Assembly (NCBI GenBank): GCA_043819695.1
Contig: JBDREM010000360.1
Span: 1-50,515, forward strand
Reading direction: 5' to 3'
Length of the DNA: 50,515 nucleotides
Source: Planctomycetota bacterium
GTDB taxonomy: Bacteria; Planctomycetota; PUPC01
The position numbers were made by a program, and so were the translations under genes. Position 1 is the first letter of the stretch, and each line of letters begins with the position of its first letter. Under the pieces are notes generated by a model. The model did not search any database and was not told the DNA's origin. It worked only from the letters and a program-made list of their open reading frames with translations. Of this stretch, positions 39,728-47,424 are shown one piece after another.

Positions 39728-41001
39728 TGCTGCTCGTCCCGGGTTTCTTCCTTCGGCGTCGAAGGGGTCATCTGGAGCTTCAGCGCTCCGTGTTCTTCAA
39801 TGAGCGGGATGAGGTCGGAGACCACGATCGAGAAGCTTATGCCGGCGGCGGTGCCGCGGCCTGCCGTGAAGGTGTTGATCCCGATCAGGCCGCCGTCCTG
39901 CCTGTACAGCCCGCCCCCGCTGTTCCCGGGATTGAGCGGCAGCTGCATCTGGATGATCCGCAGTATCTTCTCGCCCAGGTCGTTGCGCCGTATCGCCGAG
40001 ATGACTCCCTTGCCGTACGACCAGCCCAGGCCGAGCGGATTGCCGACGGCGAAGACGGATTCGCCGATGTTGAGCGTCGGGCTCGAGGCGACTTGGGCGG
40101 TGTCGAACGAGCTCTTGCCCGCCGGGCACGTGAGCAACGCGATGTCGATGCCGGTGGGCGCCCGCCACTCCACCTTCGCCTCCTTCTGCGTGCCGTCCGC
40201 GAAGGTGACCGTTATCGCCGGCGGCCCGCCGGAGAACAGCCCATCGGCCCCGTTGATGACGTGGCGATTGGTGATGATGACCACACGGCCCTGCTGGTTC
40301 GCGAGGATTACGCCGGACCCCGCGGACATCGAGCCGCGCCCGCCGGCAACAATCATCACGTTCGCCCGGATCGCCTTCCGGATAGACTCCGGGATGGTGG
40401 AGGCGTCGTCTATGCCGTAGACCTGGTCGGGCCGGATGAGGCCGGGCGGCTCGAGCGGCATGGTCGTGTCGCGCTGGCTCAGGTAAAAGAGACAGAAGCC
40501 CGCGGCCCATGCCACGATCTCGACCACGCCCACGATGACCGCGGCCGCCGCGAACCCCATCCCCTTCAGGTCGCGGCGCGAGTTGATGAAGCCGACCGCA
40601 ATGGACCCGAGCACGATCGCCAGAAAGCCCGGCACACCGAACGCGAACAGGCCGACGATTGCGCACACGAACGCCACCACCGCCAGAACGCTCAGGCGCC
40701 TCCGGCCCGGCGAGACGACCGGCGACCAGCCGGGCGGCACGACCCGCGGCGGCTGCGGCGGAGCCGGCGTCCGGGCAACGTCCTCCGCAGTGACGACGAG
40801 GTCCGGCTGGGCCCGTCCGGCGGGCGACGCACATTCGTATGCGTGGCAGCGGCCGCTCTCGATCCAGCAATGCTCGTGCTGGATGTGGCCGCAGATCGGG
40901 CAGGACCCAACCGTCTGCCCGGACCGGATGGCCTGCTGGCAGCAAGGACACAACTGGCCCTGCTGCAATTTGCCGGCGACGAACATCTCAGGATTCGACA
41001 T
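39724..41001 (-). CDS. C4HC3 RING/PHD-like finger - TM segments - trypsin-like (S1/HtrA-like) serine protease fusion
   Basis: The N-terminal finger is CPCC-x12-CPIC-x4-H-x2-CW-x5-C-x4-C. Hydrophobic segments follow (LSVLAVVAFVCAIVGLFAFGVPGFLAIVLGSIAV, AAAAVIVGVVEIVAWAAGFCLF). The protease triad context is TNRHV / DIALL / GNSGGG. Confidence 0.8.
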   Translation of the reverse strand: MSNPEMFVAGKLQQGQLCPCCQQAIRSGQTVGSCPICGHIQHEHCWIESGRCHAYECASPAGRAQPDLVVTAEDVARTPAPPQPPRVVPPGWSPVVSPGRRRLSVLAVVAFVCAIVGLFAFGVPGFLAIVLGSIAVGFINSRRDLKGMGFAAAAVIVGVVEIVAWAAGFCLFYLSQRDTTMPLEPPGLIRPDQVYGIDDASTIPESIRKAIRANVMIVAGGRGSMSAGSGVILANQQGRVVIITNRHVINGADGLFSGGPPAITVTFADGTQKEAKVEWRAPTGIDIALLTCPAGKSSFDTAQVASSPTLNIGESVFAVGNPLGLGWSYGKGVISAIRRNDLGEKILRIIQMQLPLNPGNSGGGLYRQDGGLIGINTFTAGRGTAAGISFSIVVSDLIPLIEEHGALKLQMTPSTPKEETRDEQQ

Positions 41002-41046
41002 GTCTGCCCCGATCGGCTGTCCCTGTGAAAAACGTGCCCCCTGCTG

Positions 41047-41775
41047 CTACATGACCACTGTAAACAGGATTATACTGTAAAACAAGCTCAATATCACCGA
41101 GCCATACGCAAGAACTTCGTGCGGCCCCCCGGCCCTCCGCAGCGCCTTGCGGGATCGCCAGAGCCAGATCGGGGCGACGAACACAAGGATGGGGGCCGGG
41201 ACCCCGAGGACGCTGAGCGCGAACAGAACGATTGCCTGGGTGCGGACCCGGCCGAGTTGCGACTCCGACGTGCCCCACGCGCGGTACTCGGCGCTCGTCA
41301 TCGGAACGGGCGACGGGAACCGGGCCTTGCAGAAGCGGCACTTGACGGCCACCGAACGAATGGGTTTCCCGCATCGCGGGCAGGCTTTCTCGTCGCCCCA
41401 TCCGCCCTGCCCGTCGGCCGCCTCGTCCTCCGGCTTCGGCGCCTTGGGCATGAGCTCGCAGCCGTAGGTCGCGCAGCCGCCGATCTCGTCCCAGCACTCA
41501 CGATGATAAGCAGCGCGGCACTCGGAGCAGGAGCAGGCCGTGTCGCCGTGCGCGATTGGCGTGCGGCACACCACGCAGACCTGTCCGGCCAGTTCGCCGG
41601 ACCCGGCCGAGAGCGGCCCCCTTGCCGCCGCGGGCGCTGCATCGGCTGCGGCGCCGTCGGCCGCGGGGACCGTCGCGACCCGGCCGCACTTGGGACATTT
41701 CGCGCGCTTCCCCGCGGCCGACGCCGGCGCCGAAATCCGCTGCCCGCATTTGCAGTTGTAGATGATCTGCATCAC
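41047..41775 (-). CDS. Zinc ribbon - C4HC3 RING/PHD-like finger - zinc ribbon - TM protein (E3-like paralog 1)
   Basis: The finger is CVVC-x12-CSEC-x4-H-x2-CW-x5-C-x4-C. The flanking ribbons are CKCG...CPKCG and CPRCG...CRFC. The C-terminus has hydrophobic helices. The start is GTG at 41775 or ATG at 41772. Confidence 0.75.
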   Translation of the reverse strand: MMQIIYNCKCGQRISAPASAAGKRAKCPKCGRVATVPAADGAAADAAPAAARGPLSAGSGELAGQVCVVCRTPIAHGDTACSCSECRAAYHRECWDEIGGCATYGCELMPKAPKPEDEAADGQGGWGDEKACPRCGKPIRSVAVKCRFCKARFPSPVPMTSAEYRAWGTSESQLGRVRTQAIVLFALSVLGVPAPILVFVAPIWLWRSRKALRRAGGPHEVLAYGSVILSLFYSIILFTVVM

Positions 41776-41799
41776 ACATGTCCCGCGCGCCGCGGCCCG

Positions 41800-42594
41800 C
41801 TACATCGAGCTCGCCGCGATCAGGTTAATAATGATGTACAGAAGGCACACGACAAAGCCAATGATGCCTAGGATTATCCCGGCCGTCGCCATCCCTTTGC
41901 CGGCTATCCTGCCGCGGCTCGCCCTGATCTCCGTTTGCGCGCTCAGGCCCAAGCCGATAGCAATGATGCCGGTGATGACGCCGCAACAGATGAAGGAGGC
42001 GATGCCGAGAATGAGCGAGGCGATCGCCTTGCCGCTCGTGCTCGCCGGCGCCGCACGGGCGCGTCCCGGGCCGGCGGCGAGGAACTCGCCGCAGTGGCGG
42101 CACTTGACGGCGGAGGCGGCGATCTGCTCGCCGCAGAACGGGCAGGGCTTCGTGCCCGCGCCCGCGGCGACGGGCGCCGGCGCCTGAGCAGCGGCCGGCT
42201 TCGGCGCAATCTTCGGCAGCGGCGCGTTCGCGCACGAGGCCGTGCCGCAGCCGCCGTTCGACTGCCAGCACGAATCGTGGAAAGACCGGCCGCACTGTTG
42301 GCAGTTCCGCACCGCCTCGCCGAGACTGATGGCGTTGCCGCATATCGTGCACGTCCTGCCGGCGACCGCGCGGTTGGCCGCCATCTGCTCCGGCAGCCCG
42401 TCGGCGCCCGGCCCGGCGGACAGCGGCTCGGCGGCGGCCGGCTGATGCTCGGGCTCCGGCGAGACGGGCGCGGCGGCCGCATCCGGCACGCGGATCGTGG
42501 CCCCGCAGTCCCGACACTTGCCCGACCGGCCGGCTGCGTCTTCCGGAACGGTGTATTGCTTGCCGCACTTGGGACACTCGACGATGATGCTCAT
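41800..42594 (-). CDS. Zinc ribbon - C4HC3 RING/PHD-like finger - zinc ribbon - TM (DUF4190-like) protein (E3-like paralog 2)
   Basis: The finger is CTIC-x12-CQQC-x4-H-x2-CW-x5-C-x4-C. The flanking ribbons are CPKCG...CRDCG and CPFCG...CRHCG. The C-terminus has two Gly/Ile-rich TM helices. Confidence 0.75.
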   Translation of the reverse strand: MSIIVECPKCGKQYTVPEDAAGRSGKCRDCGATIRVPDAAAAPVSPEPEHQPAAAEPLSAGPGADGLPEQMAANRAVAGRTCTICGNAISLGEAVRNCQQCGRSFHDSCWQSNGGCGTASCANAPLPKIAPKPAAAQAPAPVAAGAGTKPCPFCGEQIAASAVKCRHCGEFLAAGPGRARAAPASTSGKAIASLILGIASFICCGVITGIIAIGLGLSAQTEIRASRGRIAGKGMATAGIILGIIGFVVCLLYIIINLIAASSM

Positions 42595-42733
42595 TAACCT
42601 TCTCCGTTTCCGGCGGACAAAATCGCACTCCGGTGTTGTGTGACCCGGCCCCTACATTGCCGTCGCAGTCTGCGCAAGGATCACCATCTCTTACCCTCCT
42701 AATCCTTGTTTGCGCCCGCGGACGCGCGCCGGG

Positions 42734-44110
42734 CTACGACGCGCCGCGCGAACGCTCCGCATACTCGAGGACCGTCTGCCCGAGCACGATCTGATCGCCG
42801 TCCTTCAGCGGCTGGCGCCGCGCTTTCTTGCCGTTGACGATCGTGCCCGCGGGCGTGCTGAGGTCCTCGATCTCATGCCGGTTGCCCACCTTGCGGATCA
42901 GCGCGTGGCGCGGCTCGACGGCGGGGTCCTTGAACAGATAGACCTCGCACTTGGGCGAGCTGCCGAGCGCCGTCGGGCTCTTGTAGATCACGAACTGCTT
43001 GCCGGCGAGCGGGCCGGCCCGCATGAGCAGCCAGGCGTCCTTCGACAAGTGCTCGACGAGGCCGATCATGAAGCCGGCGGCCACGCCGATGATGCCGAAG
43101 CCGAACGCGCGGCTCATCAGGGCCTGCCCGCCGAGGTCGGTATTGGCGAACAGCTTGATGATCGGCTCGAAGCACATGCCGCCGAGCAGCGCGCCGAGCA
43201 GCCCGCCGAGCAGCCCGTTGATCACGAGCTTCTTGCTGCGGAGTGCGACGCCGTGGCCGAGGCCGACCGAGAGGCCGAACACGCCCCACGCCAGCGAACG
43301 GCCTATGACGAGCGCCATAAACGGCCAGCCGGTCAGCGTCGCGCTGGTCCACATGCCGTCGCCGGCCAACCCCTGCACGATCACCTGGGCGAGGCCGAAG
43401 ACCAGGCCGGCCGGGATGAGCCCGACGAGCCCGCCGGCCGCGGCGATCCCGATGCCCGTGATGCAGCACAGGAAGCCGCGGCGCAGGTTGCGCGACATGA
43501 CGCCGTCGGCCGCGGCGACGCAGCCCGCGATACACGCGCCCACGATGGCGAACGCGAGCAGCCGGGACACTAGCTGCAACGCCGAGGCATCGTCCAAATT
43601 CGGCAACGGTTCCTGGTCGCGGCCCGGCGGAATAGCCCGGACCGACACGCGTTCTGCGAAGAGAATGCGGTTGTCCGCATCCGCCACAAACGCCTGCACC
43701 CGGACAGGCTGGCCGGTCTTCAGCTTCCCGACGCCGTTGACCTCGGCGTACTCGCCGCGGCCTTCGATACGGGTGGCTTGGCTGTCGAGATGAAGCTGAA
43801 CGCCGCGGACGGCGATCACGGTCTGTGCAGTCGGCCGCAGCCCCGGCCACTCGGCTTCCTTGACATACTCGATCTTGCCCCAGACGACGATCGACTCGTT
43901 GAAGAGCGGCTCGAGTACGGCCCACCCGGCGATCCCGCCGATGAGGCCGGCGACGGACAGGAAGAACAAGCTGTTGAAGACGATTCGCCGCCAGAGGCTC
44001 GTCGGCCCGAATTCGCCCATCGGGCGCAGCAGGGCTTGCTGCTCGGCGACAATGTCGTCGATCCTCGGCGAGAACAGCTCGTCGCGGGTGATCCGGATCT
44101 TGTCAGGCAT
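42734..44110 (-). CDS. Polytopic membrane protein with C-terminal FHA (phosphopeptide-binding) domain
   Basis: Several Gly-zipper-like TM helices are present. The C-terminal ~95 aa read ...GSSPKCEVYLFKDPAVEPRHALIRKVGNRHEIEDLSTPAGTIVNGKKA...LKDGDQIVLGQTVLEY, the FHA pattern (G-R/S...S-x-x-H...N-G). Confidence 0.8.
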   Translation of the reverse strand: MPDKIRITRDELFSPRIDDIVAEQQALLRPMGEFGPTSLWRRIVFNSLFFLSVAGLIGGIAGWAVLEPLFNESIVVWGKIEYVKEAEWPGLRPTAQTVIAVRGVQLHLDSQATRIEGRGEYAEVNGVGKLKTGQPVRVQAFVADADNRILFAERVSVRAIPPGRDQEPLPNLDDASALQLVSRLLAFAIVGACIAGCVAAADGVMSRNLRRGFLCCITGIGIAAAGGLVGLIPAGLVFGLAQVIVQGLAGDGMWTSATLTGWPFMALVIGRSLAWGVFGLSVGLGHGVALRSKKLVINGLLGGLLGALLGGMCFEPIIKLFANTDLGGQALMSRAFGFGIIGVAAGFMIGLVEHLSKDAWLLMRAGPLAGKQFVIYKSPTALGSSPKCEVYLFKDPAVEPRHALIRKVGNRHEIEDLSTPAGTIVNGKKARRQPLKDGDQIVLGQTVLEYAERSRGAS

Positions 44111-44212
44111 TGCCTGATCTCCTGTCTACTCTTGCCGGCTGCCCGCGCCGGCCGGCGGGGATGTCGGCTCGGGCGGGCGCTTCGGCGCGACCTCCGGCAG
44201 CACTTGGTTGAT

Positions 44213-45517
44213 TCAGGGCTCGAGGCGTGGAGCGAACTCGACGGCCATGTCCCGGAGGCGCCTGGCCAGTTCGAAGCGCGCCGCGGCCCCGTCATCCTTC
44301 GGCTGCGAGAGCAGGTACTGGGCCTCGTTCACGCACACTTGGGCCAGCCGCGTCTTCAGCAGGTCCAGCTCCTCCGGTAACGTAGCGACGAGGTCCATCT
44401 GCCTGGCGATACGCTCGGCGGACAGGTACCGCTCGGCCATCTTGCCCACGTGGCCCTCCGCCTGTCGGAGCGTCAAGGCGGCGCTGTCCAGCCGCTGCAG
44501 CGCCTCGGCCTTGAACCCTGCGGCCGCTTCGCCCTGATCGCCGGAGAATTCTTGCTGCGAGAGGTCCGTCCGCACGAGCTCGATCCGCTGGGAAGCGCGG
44601 TTCAGCGCGAGCAGCACGGTCGCCAGCTCGCGGTCCAGCCCGTCGCGGAACAGCCCGGCCCGGATGAGGTCCTCGACCTGCTTGCGCTGATCGTTGAGCG
44701 ACCGCCGGAACACGCTGCCGGGCACGAACCCGCCCAGCCAGAACACGACCAAGACGGCGATGGCCCCGAAGATCGCCCACATGGCCAGAGACTTCGCGTC
44801 GGCTCTCGATTCGTCGGGCTCGACCCGCGCCGGCGAGTACAGACGTTCGCGTTCCGGCTCTTCGCGCTCGTCTTCGGCCGCCGCGGCGGCGTCCTGTCCG
44901 CCGGGCGCGGCAGTCTCGAGGTCGTAGCAGAGCTCGCCGCCGATCCAGTAGCGCCGCAGCCGTTCGGAGCGGCCCTCGCGCCAGTAAAAAATCCCCTTCG
45001 CCTCGGAACAGGGGTCGTACACGAGCGCGACGCTGTGCGGGGCGTTGAAGAAGTTGTCCTGTATGAACTGGTCCATGTCGGAGAGGAACACGCCCAGCCC
45101 GGGGTGCGAGTGATACCAGCCGACAATGCGGAGCTCGGGGAAGCGGTCTTCCATCACCTGATGCACGTGCTGCCAGGTCTCGTGGGTGAAGGTGACCTGC
45201 GAGCCGCTGCGGCGTGTCGCCGCGCCCTCGATGACCTCTTCGACCAGCAAGTATGGGCCGCCGGAATCGGTCAGGATTCGCCCGGCCAGCACGCCGCACT
45301 GCTCGACCGACGTGTCGCTGTCCGCGTGGTCCTTGACGGCCTCGAAAGCCTTCTCGGCAACGGCGACGCGATAATCGGCCGGCAGCGAAGGGAAGTCGCG
45401 CGATTCCAGCTCGGCCGCGTCGATCTGGCTCACGTCCGTCTCTGGGGCGTCGGGGGCGTCGTCCGTCTCCGGCGCTTGCTCGTCGCGAGCTTCCTTCTTT
45501 CTCTTCTTCCTTGTCAT
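44213..45517 (-). CDS. JAB/MPN+ (JAMM) metalloprotease with TM helix and long C-terminal coiled coil
   Basis: The JAMM motif is intact: E72 (VEQCGVLAG) ... GWYH136SH138PGLGVFLS146DMD149. A TM helix LAMWAIFGAIAVLVVFWLGGFV follows, and then a helical region of about 170 aa. Confidence 0.85.
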   Translation of the reverse strand: MTRKKRKKEARDEQAPETDDAPDAPETDVSQIDAAELESRDFPSLPADYRVAVAEKAFEAVKDHADSDTSVEQCGVLAGRILTDSGGPYLLVEEVIEGAATRRSGSQVTFTHETWQHVHQVMEDRFPELRIVGWYHSHPGLGVFLSDMDQFIQDNFFNAPHSVALVYDPCSEAKGIFYWREGRSERLRRYWIGGELCYDLETAAPGGQDAAAAAEDEREEPERERLYSPARVEPDESRADAKSLAMWAIFGAIAVLVVFWLGGFVPGSVFRRSLNDQRKQVEDLIRAGLFRDGLDRELATVLLALNRASQRIELVRTDLSQQEFSGDQGEAAAGFKAEALQRLDSAALTLRQAEGHVGKMAERYLSAERIARQMDLVATLPEELDLLKTRLAQVCVNEAQYLLSQPKDDGAAARFELARRLRDMAVEFAPRLEP

Positions 45518-45526
45518 GGGACCTCC

Positions 45527-46741
45527 TCACTCCTCGCCCGTCTCGCCGGCGAGTTCGCCGAGCGCGGCTCGCTCGTCGCCGGCCATAAGGTACCCCACGG
45601 CGCGCAGGCCGCTTCGGCCGACGAGGATGTCGAACGGCGGCAGGCCGATCTCAGCGGGCGTAAGGTCCAGGAAATCGTCCTGGCCGCCGACACTATGGAG
45701 CAGTTGGGGAAAGCGCATCTCGCCGCACGCGGGGCACCGCCCCTGCTCTTCGCTCACCTTCCCCAGCGAAACGAAAACGGTCTCGGCCTCGCCGCACTTC
45801 GGGCATTCGAGTTGGCGGATCACCTCGCGGCTCAGCTCGATGACCGCGTCGGGGCCGAGGTCCGCGCGGGCGCGCGCCAGGAGGCCGCCGAGCGTGATGT
45901 CGCTCGACCGGTCGGGCAGTTCGATCATCTCTCCGAGCGTCTCGTGCGCGAGGCAGTCCTCCTTGCGGGGGTACGACACGCCGTAGACCTCGCCGCTCTG
46001 CCCGTTGATGGTGAGCCCCGCGCCGCCGCGGACCTCGAGGCGGTGCAGGTACTTGAGCATCTCCTGGCACTGGAACCCGGCGACGATGGACGAGATTGTC
46101 GCGGTCGTCGGCGTGTGGCCCTCGAGCATCTCCTCGCGGCTCAACAGGGCGCACGAGCGCCGGGCGTCGAGCATCTGCCAGTCGATCTCGTTCATTGTGC
46201 ACTCGTAGCACGCGCCCAGGCCCGGCCGGAACATCCGCACGACGCCGTCGAGGCGCTCGATGGCGCCGTCGATCCAGGCGCGGCCGACCTTCAGGCAGGC
46301 CCGGTTCACCGCGACGCGCGCCTCGCGGTTGTCCAGGCCGCAGATGACCACGTCGGCCCAGCGAAAGACACCGAGGCCGAGGTCGTGGACCACGTTGCCG
46401 TCGAATGCCCGCGCCCGGGTGCCGGGGTGCATCGCTCTCACCCGCGCCGCGGCGACCTCGGCCTTGGGCTTGCCGATGTCGTCCTCGCGGAACAGCACGC
46501 TGCGCGCCAGGTTCGAGTTCTCGATGCGGTCGAAGTCGGCAATGAACACAGAGCCGATTCCGACGAGCGCGAGGTTCTTGAGGATCTCGTTCCCGAGCGC
46601 TCCGGCGCCGATGACGAGCGCCCTCGAGCGTTCGAGCCGGGCCTGGTCCCACCATTCGATGAGCTCCTGGCGGCTGAAGCGCCCCTCCCCGCAGGCCGCC
46701 TTTCCGAGCTTTATGACGTCGTTCATGCGCCTCCCCGTCAA
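45527..46741 (-). CDS. ThiF/MoeB/E1-like ubiquitin-like-protein activating enzyme
   Basis: ALVIGAGALGNEILKNLALVGIGSVFIADFDRIENSNLARSVLF (nucleotide-binding and Arg-finger-type blocks), then CGLDNREAR and GACYEC. The C-terminus carries a ribbon CPKCG...CPACG. Confidence 0.88.
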   Translation of the reverse strand: MTGRRMNDVIKLGKAACGEGRFSRQELIEWWDQARLERSRALVIGAGALGNEILKNLALVGIGSVFIADFDRIENSNLARSVLFREDDIGKPKAEVAAARVRAMHPGTRARAFDGNVVHDLGLGVFRWADVVICGLDNREARVAVNRACLKVGRAWIDGAIERLDGVVRMFRPGLGACYECTMNEIDWQMLDARRSCALLSREEMLEGHTPTTATISSIVAGFQCQEMLKYLHRLEVRGGAGLTINGQSGEVYGVSYPRKEDCLAHETLGEMIELPDRSSDITLGGLLARARADLGPDAVIELSREVIRQLECPKCGEAETVFVSLGKVSEEQGRCPACGEMRFPQLLHSVGGQDDFLDLTPAEIGLPPFDILVGRSGLRAVGYLMAGDERAALGELAGETGEE

Positions 46742-46765
46742 TGCGACCGGTGGGCGGCTTGGCCC

Positions 46766-47044
46766 CTAGCAACGCTGGCCCGCTGTGATTTCGGCCTGCA
46801 ACCGCACGACGTCCATGTCCTTGACGCCAGCCTGGGCCAGCGTCTGATCGTCGAGCAGTTGGCGGCCCGTCGACTTGTGATGGAACTTGTAGCTCATCAA
46901 CTGTCCGTCGGGGCTGTTTCGCGGCAAGTTCATGCGGTTGACCAGCACGGCGATTATGCGGTTGACCGGAGCGTCGTCCGGCACCTCCGCCGTCTGGCGC
47001 TTGTTACCCGTAGCGTCCCATACCTCGAGCGTTATCATACCCAT
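46766..47044 (-). CDS. Small ubiquitin-like (beta-grasp-sized) protein ending ...EITAG-QRC
   Basis: 92 aa with a GGGAGGAG RBS. It is the first gene of the E1/JAB/E2 operon. Gly89 is followed by a 3-residue tail. The fold itself is inferred from size, pattern and context only. Confidence 0.7.
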   Translation of the reverse strand: MGMITLEVWDATGNKRQTAEVPDDAPVNRIIAVLVNRMNLPRNSPDGQLMSYKFHHKSTGRQLLDDQTLAQAGVKDMDVVRLQAEITAGQRC

Positions 47045-47114
47045 GTGTGGCCTGGCTCCTCCCGCACGGGGCTTGATGCATGGCCCGGAACAGTGTTAGC
47101 GGCAAGTTTTGGCT

Positions 47115-47142
47115 ATTCTAGTTGACCCGTATCTTGTGTCAA
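47115..47142 (-). promoter_or_regulatory. Sigma-70-type promoter candidate for the Ubl-E1-JAB...E2 operon
   Basis: The minus strand reads TTGACA (47142-47137), a 16-nt spacer, then TAGAAT (47120-47115). It lies about 70 nt upstream of the Ubl ATG. Confidence 0.45.
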
Positions 47143-47424
47143 CAGCAAAATGCCGGTCTGTGTAACGGCCGGTTACAGGGGGTCTCGACGACGCGGGCCA
47201 TGGCCCGCCCCGCGAGCGGAGGCCCGTTCCCGCCGATCACGTCGATGCCGTCGGTCTCGACGGAGCGCGCGACGTTGAACGTGAGGGCGATATTGTTACG
47301 CATCCAGAACTTGAGGGGGCTCAGGGTGTCGCAGGCAGGCCGAAAAGGATCGCGGCTAACGACGAGCTAACCGCTTGGCAAAGGCGCGCACCGCGCGGAT
47401 TCGACAATACGGTCGAGCTCGATG

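Noticed and set aside
38462-47044. Interpreting the Ubl/E1/E2/JAB operon as a CBASS (Cap2/Cap3) or Bil-type antiphage system, or as a ThiS/MoaD sulfur-carrier pathway.
   Set aside because: There is no CD-NTase or effector gene, and E1 and E2 are separate proteins rather than a Cap2 fusion. The presence of three RING-like proteins, FHA and a protease is unlike the four-gene Bil layout. No thiamine or molybdopterin genes are present, and an HPN-Cys E2 is not part of sulfur-transfer pathways. A defence role remains possible but is unsupported here.
47150-47345. Short minus-strand reading frame (...DTLSPLKFWMRNNIALTFNVARSVETDGIDVIGGNGPPLAGRAMARVVETP...) that could be a gene remnant at the island boundary.
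   Set aside because: It is open for only about 68 codons with no convincing start. I recognise no family, and its end overlaps the predicted operon promoter. The evidence is insufficient to call a pseudogene.
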